This document shows positions 37,946 through 48,237 of a stretch of DNA of 64,000 bases, piece after piece. The notes under the pieces are model-generated. The model had not been told where the DNA came from. It worked only from the letters and a program-made list of their open reading frames with translations, and searched no databases. This DNA is from a virus. The position numbers were made by a program, and so were the translations under genes. Location: positions 43,301-107,300 of IMG/VR virus record IMGVR_UViG_3300000117_000009. One strand, 5' to 3'. Position 1 is the stretch's first letter; each line of letters begins with the position of its first letter.

Positions 37946-40900
37946 AAATAGACTTTAAAGATCTTCTATTTGATTCCTGTTGAATAAACTTTTGTTTAAA
38001 GGTTGGAAATATGCCTTTTTTATCTCTATAAGCTGCACCTAAAATCTGATTTAACGGTGCAAACCCGCCAGTAACCTTTATTAAGTCGCCTTGATAATCA
38101 TAAACACCACCTTCAACGGTAGTTGCCACAATATCTGTAATGTCTTTGTCTATTACTTTATCTAGATGTGTTCTTAAACGATGCACTTCTGACTCCCAAT
38201 AGTTTTCTGGCTTTTCATTCATGTAATCAGTCAAGTCATTAATTGCAGTTTGAAGTTTGTCTCTAAGTAATTCGATATTCTTTTGATTTGTTTCATCTGA
38301 CATATAAGCAGACTTGACACCCTTCAATAAGTCGACGCCTAGATCAACAAAAACATCTTTAAACGGAGATATAATTCTTTGAACTTTCTTTAAAGCTTTG
38401 CTAGCGTTAGTTAGATCTAGACTTCTTAATCCTGCTGCATCACTCTTGATCAAAGAAGAAGTAAAATCTTTACTTTTAATCTTATTGCCTAGTCTGTCTT
38501 CTCCGTAAAGAACAAAGTCATATATTTTTTTCAAAGTTTCTCTGTCTAAATCAATACCTAATCCTTCGATTTCTTGCTTGATAATGTTTTCTATTCCTTC
38601 ACCTAGAGTAACATCTCCAGTTATTCCTAGTCTTAGAGTAACTTCTTTTACTCTTTCAACGTAATCTTCTATTTGAACACTTGTTAATTCATTTAGATTA
38701 ACTGTTCTATTTGATGCAAGAGTAAATCCGGCTGAAGATATTCCGCTATCCATTAGTCTTATTATTTTTTCTAATCGTTGGCCTTTGTTTGTGGAATGTA
38801 TTGTTTTTCTTCCATCAACATAATCAACAATACTGTGAAATACAATGTATTTTTCATCGTATACAATTTGATTTGGTTTGTCTGGATGCATTATTTCAAA
38901 GTTGATAAAGGATTTTGTTTCACCGTCTGGATGAAATGACTCTCTTATCTCCATTTCTGCAGCTGGACCAGCTGATTGTAACCATTGCTCAACGCCACGT
39001 TTGATTGCATTACCACCTTCAACAAAAGGTTTTTCTGCGCCGTGGCCTGTGAATTTTGCAACAAGATCATCGTGCGCCATATCTTCTTTGTTGCGAGCGA
39101 ACATAAGAGTACCGTCTTGCTCGACAGTAAAGAATAAGTTTTGGCCGTCGACTTTTTCTATAATCTTTTGTGAAGTACTATATTCTTTTATTCTGTCAAT
39201 AATTTGTCTTGGCGTCATATCTAATGCTTCATAAGGATGCATCATATGACCTGCTAAACCACCCTCACTAATTATTTTTTTTTTAAACAAATGTTTATAG
39301 GCTTCTTTTAAACTTTTGCCTGTGTATCTTTTGTGATCTTGCATACCTGCTATAGACTTATCTAAATTGCTAGAAGAAATTTCTGATAGTCTTTCATTAA
39401 AAGCTTTTAATATATTATTTTTATTTATTTTTTTTTGCGATGAAAAGTAAAAGTCTTGAGCGCTCTTTCGTTCGAGATTAGCTGCAGCTTCAAGATGTCT
39501 TAAGTTTTGTTCTTTACTTCTTCCTTCAAAAACAGACAAAAGAGATTGAGCTATATTTTTTTTGACTCTTGATTGGAGCCTCTGCGCTTGACTTTTAATA
39601 ATATCACTTATATAGTTATCTTTTAGACCCATTGATGCTTCAATACAGTCTGATATTATTTTTTTTAAGTTATAACTATTATCATTACTTATTTTACTTA
39701 TAATATTTATTATATCTAATTTGTCTTCTTCTACAATGTCACTGTTTTTAATTTCATCTATACATGAATCTAAATCATTTTTTATTTTATAGTAAGCTGC
39801 TACATGTTTTAAAGCAGCATTTAAAAATTTATTGTAGTTAACTAACTTAATATCTACTTCAAAGTTTCCGCTATAATCTAAGTTTGAAAGTTTTGTGCAT
39901 AAAAAAGAAAAATCCTTTATGTCATCTTTTATTTCACCGTATTGAACGCTTATTTCATCTGTTATATAGTCTTTGCTCTGTATCGAATTATTTCCTGGTA
40001 TATGTAATTTTTTGGCTTTAGACTTTCCATCGTCTGAAAGTATGAATTCATCATTGTTTTTTGAAAGAGTTAAAGAGCTTTGAGGTGAAGATATTTTATT
40101 TTTTGATTTATTTACATTTAAATAAAGACGACCTTCATTAGACATGTCTAATGAATATTCAATAGATGATAGTCCTAAAAATCTTAACTCAGTTGTTGCT
40201 GCTAAAGATTTAAGTGCTAAAACTGTATTAGATATATTTAGAATTGCAGAATTTTTTACGTTTGATCCAGTCTTAGACGTTATTATAGGATCAGAAGGTG
40301 TATATTGATTTGTGCACTTAAGGTCAAAAAGACCAAATTTAATTTCTTTAAAATTATTTTTTTGCCTTATAATAAAGTCAAAAGGTGACATCTTTGTCGG
40401 CAAGTATAAGTTGTGATTTGCAGCTGCACTGTATAATTCATCATCTTTTTCGTATTCAAAACATTCATAGTCACTTTTTGACACATCCAATATAGAAAGA
40501 TATTCATCTATTAAAGCGCTTACACTTGTGTCTATTATATTAGTATCAATAAGTTTTAAAGAATATAAAAATAATTGCTCCCACCAAGCATCACTTTTTT
40601 TAGTATTGTTTATTAAAATATTATACATGTAATTAGTTTGTTGCTTTAAAAGAATGTTTATTAAAATAATTGAAACTTTCTTTGAAGGCAAACTAATATC
40701 ACTACTATCTATTTCTGAAGGTATTGATTCCAAGTCACCTTCAGGTCTATCACTAATCATTTTATTTCTAACAGCATTATAAACTAAAAGTTCAAAATAA
40801 GGACCGAATGTTGTAGATAGACCTGCTTGGCCAGCTTGAAGAGCAGACTTAAAAGCGTCAATAACTTTATTTACAGCACTTGCAATCTCTAGTTCGTCAA

Positions 40901-41426
40901 TTTTATCTTGCCCGGGCTTAATTTTCATTGTTGATTTATTAACTAATTTTCTGTATAAAAACACAGTTATTGCGTTAATAAAGTCTGTTGGGTTGCTAGC
41001 ATTTACAATTGAAATTAAGAGATCGGATCCACCTCCGCGCGCTGGTGTAATATCATATTTATCGTCAAGATAATGTCCAAGTGCTTTTTTAGCTTCTGGA
41101 GGATTGACGCTACCTTTGAATTTTTTTATACCATCACTACTTAAAGCTTCATTTATAGTAATTGTCTTTTTAAGATCTTCTTCGTTTTGATTGATATGGT
41201 TATGAAAAGAAAAGTAAGCATTAACAATATCTTTTTTACTTGCAATAATGCTGATTGTTTTATTTTCATGAATTTTAAGGTCAAAACTTGTTTGTTCAGA
41301 AAGTATATTTCTTAAAGTAGTATTAATGATATTTAAGTCAGAAAACTCAGATGGTTGTGCATTTATTGTATTTAACTCTCTATATTCAAAAATATTTTTA
41401 TATTCGTTCTTAAGACTACACTTCAT
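37929..41426 (-). CDS. multidomain protein with possible PD-(D/E)xK region and C-terminal RNA-ligase-like domain
   Basis: SPFDFII...FDLK in the N-terminal half. After IISE come GGLAGHMMHPY, EKVDGQN, ARNK, NFEI, EGGVY and KVTG. Confidence 0.65.
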   Translation of the reverse strand: MKCSLKNEYKNIFEYRELNTINAQPSEFSDLNIINTTLRNILSEQTSFDLKIHENKTISIIASKKDIVNAYFSFHNHINQNEEDLKKTITINEALSSDGIKKFKGSVNPPEAKKALGHYLDDKYDITPARGGGSDLLISIVNASNPTDFINAITVFLYRKLVNKSTMKIKPGQDKIDELEIASAVNKVIDAFKSALQAGQAGLSTTFGPYFELLVYNAVRNKMISDRPEGDLESIPSEIDSSDISLPSKKVSIILINILLKQQTNYMYNILINNTKKSDAWWEQLFLYSLKLIDTNIIDTSVSALIDEYLSILDVSKSDYECFEYEKDDELYSAAANHNLYLPTKMSPFDFIIRQKNNFKEIKFGLFDLKCTNQYTPSDPIITSKTGSNVKNSAILNISNTVLALKSLAATTELRFLGLSSIEYSLDMSNEGRLYLNVNKSKNKISSPQSSLTLSKNNDEFILSDDGKSKAKKLHIPGNNSIQSKDYITDEISVQYGEIKDDIKDFSFLCTKLSNLDYSGNFEVDIKLVNYNKFLNAALKHVAAYYKIKNDLDSCIDEIKNSDIVEEDKLDIINIISKISNDNSYNLKKIISDCIEASMGLKDNYISDIIKSQAQRLQSRVKKNIAQSLLSVFEGRSKEQNLRHLEAAANLERKSAQDFYFSSQKKINKNNILKAFNERLSEISSSNLDKSIAGMQDHKRYTGKSLKEAYKHLFKKKIISEGGLAGHMMHPYEALDMTPRQIIDRIKEYSTSQKIIEKVDGQNLFFTVEQDGTLMFARNKEDMAHDDLVAKFTGHGAEKPFVEGGNAIKRGVEQWLQSAGPAAEMEIRESFHPDGETKSFINFEIMHPDKPNQIVYDEKYIVFHSIVDYVDGRKTIHSTNKGQRLEKIIRLMDSGISSAGFTLASNRTVNLNELTSVQIEDYVERVKEVTLRLGITGDVTLGEGIENIIKQEIEGLGIDLDRETLKKIYDFVLYGEDRLGNKIKSKDFTSSLIKSDAAGLRSLDLTNASKALKKVQRIISPFKDVFVDLGVDLLKGVKSAYMSDETNQKNIELLRDKLQTAINDLTDYMNEKPENYWESEVHRLRTHLDKVIDKDITDIVATTVEGGVYDYQGDLIKVTGGFAPLNQILGAAYRDKKGIFPTFKQKFIQQESNRRSLKSIFNLIF

Positions 41427-41788
41427 CGTTTACCACCCCAGTATTCTTTGGCAAGACCTTCGTTTATTAATTGTTTATTATAACTATTTTCGAACTCAGG
41501 TTTATCTTTTTCTAATTCCCAGATTGTTCCAAGCCACCTACCGAACTTGCCACGTTTAGCTGTATGTAATAACACCTTCTTATCAAGGATTCGCTCTCGC
41601 AACCAATCACGTGTTGCTAAACCCTTTTCTTTCTCGTCTAAGTCTTTAGTTCTAACTTCAGGTGTATCAATACCCACAAGTCTTACCTTGATTTTCACAG
41701 ATGTCTTAAACCCGAGGTCAACTACGGCAGTCACTGTGTCTCCATCATAAACTTTTACAATTTCAGCAATATAATAATATGGTTTCAT
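41423..41788 (-). CDS. thermonuclease (SNase-like)
   Basis: VYDGDT, RLVGIDTPE, GKFGRWLG and LINEGLA. Confidence 0.92.
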   Translation of the reverse strand: MKPYYYIAEIVKVYDGDTVTAVVDLGFKTSVKIKVRLVGIDTPEVRTKDLDEKEKGLATRDWLRERILDKKVLLHTAKRGKFGRWLGTIWELEKDKPEFENSYNKQLINEGLAKEYWGGKR

Positions 41789-41820
41789 TTACTATTCCTT
41801 TTAATATAAAAGTAATTATA

Positions 41821-42465
41821 TCACCACCATGTATATTTCTTTTTTCCACCTGTTAAATGTGGGTATCTTCCTGTTCTACATGCCCAATAACTTGCTGTTG
41901 TCTTGTCTTTTGTCAAATGACATCGATGACGAGCAGCAAATGATTTACGACGCTTTGGGTCACTTATACCAACAGGCATTCCTTTTGCGCCCCACTGAAC
42001 CTTTTTAATATTCCCTGTCTTGGGGTTTTTTACATATACATAAAACTTCTTAGAACCACCTCTTCTAGGCTTATTAAGATCTACTTTTTTTCCTTTATAA
42101 AGATTGCCACTCTTTTTCTTTTTTGTTGACTTCTTCTTTCTTCTTTTGCGTTTCTCTTCTAATATCTCTAAAGGAATACTTGGTTTTAAAGACTCGTCAC
42201 CTTCTAAAATTGGATAGTCTAACGGGACAAGACCACCATTGTAAAAGTCCCACTCACCAATAGATGTTTCGTTTATGTAATAACACTCAGCTGGATTTAA
42301 ATCATAAAGGCCTAGTTCACTTAAATCCCTTACTTCTCTAAATAAACTGAAGTATTTGGATGATCCAGGCCGATAAATGTTATTCTCTATTCCAATGTTT
42401 TCTATTAAATGAAACTGTAAACCTTCAGATAATATTTTTTTGTTTTCTAATAATAATTTATTCAT
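41821..42465 (-). CDS. protein with acidic N-terminus and highly basic C-terminal domain
   Basis: ILEE followed by KRKRRKKK, then KKFYVYVKNPKTG, SFAARHRC and YWAC. Confidence 0.8.
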   Translation of the reverse strand: MNKLLLENKKILSEGLQFHLIENIGIENNIYRPGSSKYFSLFREVRDLSELGLYDLNPAECYYINETSIGEWDFYNGGLVPLDYPILEGDESLKPSIPLEILEEKRKRRKKKSTKKKKSGNLYKGKKVDLNKPRRGGSKKFYVYVKNPKTGNIKKVQWGAKGMPVGISDPKRRKSFAARHRCHLTKDKTTASYWACRTGRYPHLTGGKKKYTWW

Positions 42466-42818
42466 TTTTTCTTTTTAGCTTTTGATTTTTTAACAATAGC
42501 CCAATCCTTCGAAGGTGTTGCTGAATTGACTCTTGCATGTGCCCATTGATGTTGTGACATACCTTTACGACTGCCACTCGTTGCCCAAGCTGCTAAGCCT
42601 CTTTTATATTCAGCGTAAACAGAACCTCTTGTTAGTCCTCTTTTGTCTGCCTTTTTATTTAAAGTTTCTTTTGTAGCAGCAGATAAGCCACCTGACGATG
42701 ACTTCTTAGCAGACTTTTTCTTAGTAGTACTTTTCTTCTTACCTTTTTTTCTACCTCTTTTAGCTTCATCTAACAATGCTTCTCTAATAAATTCTTCTAA
42801 TAATATCAAATCGTTCAT
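42462..42818 (-). CDS. small basic protein with acidic leader
   Basis: LLEEFIREALLDE followed by a K-rich tract, then YKRGLAAW...QWAHARVNS. Confidence 0.8.
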   Translation of the reverse strand: MNDLILLEEFIREALLDEAKRGRKKGKKKSTTKKKSAKKSSSGGLSAATKETLNKKADKRGLTRGSVYAEYKRGLAAWATSGSRKGMSQHQWAHARVNSATPSKDWAIVKKSKAKKKK

Positions 42819-42828
42819 TTATATTTTC

Positions 42829-43125
42829 CTATTTCTTGCTGTCATGCCTCGGAACGTTTTTGTAACCTTTTTTATTTCTTTCAGACTTTTCCATATTGTC
42901 TCTTATCTTGTAAGCTTTTTGTCTGTCAGAGGCTTTACTGCTTTTTGCTAGAGATGTTGCTCGGTCTAATTTTTTCTTTCTTTTACCTTTAGCTTTGTAT
43001 TGAGTTGGATATTTTTTCTTTGAAGCTTTCTTTTTTGATTTACTTTTTTTTTGCTTTCGTTTTTTTCTTGCCTCATCTAGTAAAGCTTCTTTAATAAATT
43101 CTTCTAGTATTAATAAATCTTGCAT
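42829..43125 (-). CDS. small protamine-like basic protein with acidic leader
   Basis: LILEEFIKEALLDE followed by a K/R-rich body. Confidence 0.8.
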   Translation of the reverse strand: MQDLLILEEFIKEALLDEARKKRKQKKSKSKKKASKKKYPTQYKAKGKRKKKLDRATSLAKSSKASDRQKAYKIRDNMEKSERNKKGYKNVPRHDSKK

Positions 43126-43190
43126 TGCTATTTCTCAAAAGTATTGTTTTATATAAAATAATTATTTCTTGCTTTTGCTTTTATTCATAC

Positions 43191-44966
43191 TTATTGATAT
43201 GAAGCTATTCCAGCTAGCTGTGATATTTCTTCGCAAATATTCATAAATACTTTAACCATTATAAAACTTGTTTTTTCTTCGTCGTCTGTAAGAGAATTCC
43301 ATTCTAAGTTTGCAGCGTAATCTTGAACTTTGTCAAGCGTTTTTATCATGTTGTTATAGGCAGATGCATCTTCAATCCTATAAATACTTTTGTTTCTATT
43401 CTTTGATAAAAACACTTGAATGTAAGTAAGACTGTTTTCAATTTTAGCTATTTTAGGCATTTCACTTTTTATTATTGTAAGTTGTTTTTTAATACTAGAA
43501 TTTAAAAATTTTTCTTTAATACCAATGTCAAATACTATTAATTTGCTACCATCTCTCTCAAGATACATGTTAAAATTAAAAATTTTGTTTGATGAGTGAA
43601 ACAATATAAAATCAAAAAATTTTGATTCTTTCTTAGTTAAATCTTTCCATGCTTTTTCTCTTAGCGCTTCTATAGAATTTTCTAATTTAACATCATCAAA
43701 AAGCTTTGTATCGAAAAGAGTCTCTAGTTGGGGATTCTTTTCAAGAATGTCAACTATTTTATTCATAGTTACAGAATTAAGTCTATTTTTCGACACATGA
43801 AAAATGTCAAAATCATTTATATTTGTTATTTTTGATTTGAAAATATTGTTATACGTGCCAATTAAAACAACATTTTCTTTTTTAGAAGAATTTAAGTAAA
43901 CTGCTTGAACAGGCTCGTTATCATGTAGTGTAGAAGAACCTTTGTCGTTTATGAATTCTATATCAATAGAATTTAGCAGCATTGTAAAAATAGGACCTTG
44001 TTGTTTTTCTCTCTGATTATTGATTTTGTTTACGTCAAAAACTTCTGAAGGCGGCTCATATGATGATGGCTCTGAAAATATGTCTGAAAGCATCCAGCAT
44101 GCAAAATATAAAATGTGAAAATCAGAAAGAGCTTTTTTCTCTCTTGCCTTGAAAAATCTATTTCTTGCTGATAAAGCTAACTCTTCTGTTAGACCTGACA
44201 CGTAATCAACAATTTTACTAACAACGCCAGCAGGGAAACTGTTACTGTTAAGACTCGTAATTAGACATAAATCTTTTATTAACTCATTTAATATTTTACC
44301 AAAAGATCCAGAATTGTCAAAAGAAATAGAACTGTTATAAGAAATTAGATTTTTATTTCGCTTAATTATTCTGTCGATTTTTTTGATTGTTTCACTTTTC
44401 CTGTAATTTGATTCTGATTTTGGAATGTTACTATCTATACTTTGTACATCACTTTGTTCTAGTCTGTTAGCAGATGAAAACATAATGTACGTATGAACAA
44501 TTGTTCTTAAGTCTTTTTTAAAATTACCTGTATAGTTGTTACTTCCATCACCTTCTATTTCTATAGATCGTACGCTGTTAGACCTTTTAAACATATGAAA
44601 ATAGGGTCTATTTAAAGCAAAGCTAGTGCCTCTTATTTTTGATTTCTCAACTATTTCTTTTAAAGATGATATGTTAAGAGGATAAGCATAATTTCCATGA
44701 GGAGTATCAAACGAAACTTTTGGACTTATTTCAAGCCTCGGGATGTTCTCGTCATATTCATCAACAAAAGATATAAAGCAGTTATCACCAACGTTTTCTA
44801 AAACTTTCAAAAGAGTTTCTTCGTGGTCTACATTCGTCATATTCAAACTATATGATGCAGCTTGTTGGTGTTGTGTCTCTCCTGTAATGTTTTGTGCAGG
44901 ATTAATGATTGCAGAAGATGCTGCTTCTTTTAGAAACTCTTTAATATACTTTTCTAACAAAATCAT
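43191..44966 (-). CDS. putative virion cargo protein with ART-like domain (family B)
   Basis: Leader LLEKYIKEFLKE. Motifs SPKVSFDTPHGNYAYPL and DKGSSTLHDNEPVQAV. Paralog of 1260..3443. Confidence 0.5.
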   Translation of the reverse strand: MILLEKYIKEFLKEAASSAIINPAQNITGETQHQQAASYSLNMTNVDHEETLLKVLENVGDNCFISFVDEYDENIPRLEISPKVSFDTPHGNYAYPLNISSLKEIVEKSKIRGTSFALNRPYFHMFKRSNSVRSIEIEGDGSNNYTGNFKKDLRTIVHTYIMFSSANRLEQSDVQSIDSNIPKSESNYRKSETIKKIDRIIKRNKNLISYNSSISFDNSGSFGKILNELIKDLCLITSLNSNSFPAGVVSKIVDYVSGLTEELALSARNRFFKAREKKALSDFHILYFACWMLSDIFSEPSSYEPPSEVFDVNKINNQREKQQGPIFTMLLNSIDIEFINDKGSSTLHDNEPVQAVYLNSSKKENVVLIGTYNNIFKSKITNINDFDIFHVSKNRLNSVTMNKIVDILEKNPQLETLFDTKLFDDVKLENSIEALREKAWKDLTKKESKFFDFILFHSSNKIFNFNMYLERDGSKLIVFDIGIKEKFLNSSIKKQLTIIKSEMPKIAKIENSLTYIQVFLSKNRNKSIYRIEDASAYNNMIKTLDKVQDYAANLEWNSLTDDEEKTSFIMVKVFMNICEEISQLAGIASYQ

Positions 44967-45184
44967 TTTTTAACCTTACTTAAATGTTTAGACATAACTT
45001 GCGTTGTTTTTCCTTTACCACTTCTAAGCCTAATGATTGACATTGGCCCCGGACCATCAGCTTCTACTACTTTGACAATTTTGCCTTTGTATACCGCTTT
45101 TTTTGCTTTCCTAAGCCATTTAGGCGGCTTGTTGCCTTCTGAAAGTATTATTTCAAGTATAAGATCTTTAAGTAATTCATTCAT
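44963..45184 (-). CDS. small basic protein (SH3-like) with leader
   Basis: LLKDLILEIILSE followed by a basic beta-rich body. Confidence 0.65.
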   Translation of the reverse strand: MNELLKDLILEIILSEGNKPPKWLRKAKKAVYKGKIVKVVEADGPGPMSIIRLRSGKGKTTQVMSKHLSKVKK

Positions 45185-45465
45185 TTGTATTTTCTCACAT
45201 TGATTATTAGATTTGTTCCGTTTTTATTAATTATTCGATGCCATGTTTCTTTAGGTATTTTAAAAATAGATTCTTTCTGCATTAACTGAGGCAGCTCATT
45301 TTCTATCTGGAGATACCAACCGTCACCTTCAACAACAAATACATCACGGTCTTCTTCGTCCATATGCCAGTTTAGGTCTTCTTCGATGAGTGTCGACATA
45401 AAATCACGTTGAATAAGTGTATATGTTTCTGTTTCTTCGATTATTTTCTCTTTAAATGGCAACAT
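45181..45465 (-). CDS. small cupin-fold protein
   Basis: WHMDEEDR...GDGW and IPKETWHRI. Confidence 0.75.
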   Translation of the reverse strand: MLPFKEKIIEETETYTLIQRDFMSTLIEEDLNWHMDEEDRDVFVVEGDGWYLQIENELPQLMQKESIFKIPKETWHRIINKNGTNLIINVRKYK

Positions 45466-45474
45466 AGTCTTTCC

Positions 45475-48237
45475 TTAAAAGCTATATACTTCTTTGAGTG
45501 AATTACCAAATATCTTTCTATGACTCAAATCTAACTCAGGTTCACTAATTTCTTGATTAACATTTCTCTGTGTCATTAAAGCATCAAGCTCTTTAAATAG
45601 CTTTACTGCTTTTTTTGTTTTACCCGAGTCGGTCTTTGTTCTTATTTCTTCCATAAGATAGCTATACCATGCATTGTCATTAGGGTCAATAACTTCTGAT
45701 AGGTCTATTTTACTAATCTCTGTATATTGATAATAATTACCACGTAAAAGCTCAACTTTGTTGCCTTTAAGCGACTCAACTAATCTGTAAACTGTTTTTT
45801 TGAAAAAACCATTGCTGCTATATTGGATAAACGCATCTAAAAGTTTTTTGCTTTGATAAAGGTTTTCAAATAAGCTTGAAGATAATCGAATTGAATTTAG
45901 TGGACTTCTGGAGTTTTTTTGAAGAACATCTATTATAATATCAACGCTGACACTTTGACTTATATGTTTATATGCTAAAAGTGAAACACTACTACTTCCA
46001 GAAGAGTTTGACAAGTGTCTTTGATCTTGCTCACTTAAAACTATGTCTTTAAGATCAATTAAATAGACAATTGTTTCCAATATATTATTTTTTAAATTAG
46101 AGAATTTAGGATTAGTTTTAATATTTTCTATGATAAGGCTGATAAGTCTTTCATGCCATTCTTTTGACTGTGACTTTAAATAATTATTGTTTAGTCCGTC
46201 GTTACACATGTAGTAATAATCAAAAAAGGTGCCTTGAGGTTTTGTTTTCTTTTCGAGATTAGCTATTGCCTTGTTAAATGCGTTTTCGACTTCACGGAAC
46301 ACTTCTGACTTGACAGAATTAAATTTTTCTACAGTCTCAGGATTATTTATACCAAATTTTTCAAAATATCCAGTGAGATAAGAGATCAGTAATTTTTTAT
46401 CACTGTCAGTTTCAGGAAGAGCAATTAATTCTTCTACAGCTTTTTCAATAATAGTATCAGACAAAGGATGCTCTACATTTTTAAAAGCATAAAAAAGTTC
46501 TCGTAAAACATTCGCATTGTGTTTCTTAATCATTACGTCAACAATATTACAAAATTTATCTATTACTTCTTTTGACTTATAATAATCTGCTTGTTTAAAT
46601 TCATTAGGTTTGTGTAGACCTACTGGTATCGACATTATTTTCAATGGGTGATCTGAAATTCGGTCAGTTAGATTTGTTATTTTATCTTTAGTATCTTGAT
46701 TGCCGTTTTCGTATAAATCAATTATCTCAATCCAGCCGGCTGTTTTTAATTTAAGATCAGTGCCGTATATATTGTCTAGTTCTTGAATTAATTGAACAAA
46801 CTCTTCAGACGCATTTGTATTTCTAATGTATACACTTGCTGATTCTAAAAAGCTAGCAGCTGCTCTACTATTATACTCAAACTTATCTATTTCTTTAAAG
46901 TATATTTTAAAAGCACCATAGACACCATCAACTAAAAAGTCATTAGAGAAATTAATACTTGACATTAAGTTTAAAATGTAACCTGTATTCCTTAACATTT
47001 CAGAAACTTCATCAATATTGTTTTTGCTCTTATAAAATTGATAAGCATCTTCTAAGATTTTTCCGTATTCCTGGAGAACTTTTTGGCTCAAACTATTAAA
47101 TTCTTTGAAGCTTTGTGTAAATTTACCTGTTCCAATTTCCCTATAAAATACGCCAAGTTCATCTTCGACATTATTACTTTTAACTTCTTCATAAAATTCT
47201 ACTAGCTTTTGAATTGTTTCTTCAGTATATCGAATGTTTTCAAGAGAAGCTAGAACATACCTGTATTTGGCATCATAAAATACTCTTTCATCTTCTTTCA
47301 TCTGTTCTTTTTCTTCGAGACTAGTGTTTTCATCTGCGACAGCATTCATTGTCTGAAAATCTAATTTGTTTCTTGCACGTCCGCCTACAAAGTCATTTAG
47401 ACTGTCATACCAGTCAACTTCTGCCTTTGCTGATCTTTTACTAAGTCTTCCTAACCCTACTAATCTAGCATCGTATTTCGGGTAAAAAGAAACGCAAACA
47501 GGACCGTCTCCTCTTCCAAGAAAAATAATGCCATCATATACTGCAGTTATAAGCTCTTTACCAAAAGCTTTCATCAAGGCATAACTAATTTGAGATGAAT
47601 GCGGTCTCATTTCGTTTATTGTTTGGTTTAGCTCAAATTTGTCAAATCCAACTCTATTAATAATTTTTAAAAACTTTTCTAAGCTTTCTTCATCTCTTGA
47701 TTTTCTTTTGTAAAGTTTTAATAGCTGGTCTTTGATTCTCCAGTCTTTACCGTGAACTTGCTTAGCTAAGTCTTCAAACGTTATTACAAAGTTACTTATA
47801 TCTATTTCAAAAGCAAGACATATATCTCCATAAGTTCTAGCAATACCTGGGTTGAATTTATAGCATGTATAGAGGCCTTTACCGTGGTGATCACCAAAGC
47901 CTGGGCTAAATCCACTAGTATCTGTATATGGATCATCTAACATGTCCATAATGACTTCTTCTTCTATGTCATATGAGTCTCTTGCAGAAACTCTATTGCT
48001 GTTTTTTAGATTTTTTAATATTCTTGATGCTCTAGAATCATCTGAACTTATTTCTTGCTTTGGATGTTTAATCAATGGATTTTTCATCTTGTCTTCTATA
48101 CTTGGATTATAATTAGCCCAATTTTGATGAGAAGTCAAGTGATAACATATTAATTTTCCATTTACGTAATTAACTTTTTGCGGATCCAAACTAGATATTT
48201 TTGATTCTGTTAATAGCCATCTTATACTGTTTTTCAT
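45475..48237 (-). CDS. putative virion cargo protein, PARP-like ART domain (family A)
   Basis: CYHLT, GDHHGKGLYTCY...YG and YDGIIF...GPVCVSFY. Tandem paralog of 48234..51071. Confidence 0.6.
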   Translation of the reverse strand: MKNSIRWLLTESKISSLDPQKVNYVNGKLICYHLTSHQNWANYNPSIEDKMKNPLIKHPKQEISSDDSRASRILKNLKNSNRVSARDSYDIEEEVIMDMLDDPYTDTSGFSPGFGDHHGKGLYTCYKFNPGIARTYGDICLAFEIDISNFVITFEDLAKQVHGKDWRIKDQLLKLYKRKSRDEESLEKFLKIINRVGFDKFELNQTINEMRPHSSQISYALMKAFGKELITAVYDGIIFLGRGDGPVCVSFYPKYDARLVGLGRLSKRSAKAEVDWYDSLNDFVGGRARNKLDFQTMNAVADENTSLEEKEQMKEDERVFYDAKYRYVLASLENIRYTEETIQKLVEFYEEVKSNNVEDELGVFYREIGTGKFTQSFKEFNSLSQKVLQEYGKILEDAYQFYKSKNNIDEVSEMLRNTGYILNLMSSINFSNDFLVDGVYGAFKIYFKEIDKFEYNSRAAASFLESASVYIRNTNASEEFVQLIQELDNIYGTDLKLKTAGWIEIIDLYENGNQDTKDKITNLTDRISDHPLKIMSIPVGLHKPNEFKQADYYKSKEVIDKFCNIVDVMIKKHNANVLRELFYAFKNVEHPLSDTIIEKAVEELIALPETDSDKKLLISYLTGYFEKFGINNPETVEKFNSVKSEVFREVENAFNKAIANLEKKTKPQGTFFDYYYMCNDGLNNNYLKSQSKEWHERLISLIIENIKTNPKFSNLKNNILETIVYLIDLKDIVLSEQDQRHLSNSSGSSSVSLLAYKHISQSVSVDIIIDVLQKNSRSPLNSIRLSSSLFENLYQSKKLLDAFIQYSSNGFFKKTVYRLVESLKGNKVELLRGNYYQYTEISKIDLSEVIDPNDNAWYSYLMEEIRTKTDSGKTKKAVKLFKELDALMTQRNVNQEISEPELDLSHRKIFGNSLKEVYSF

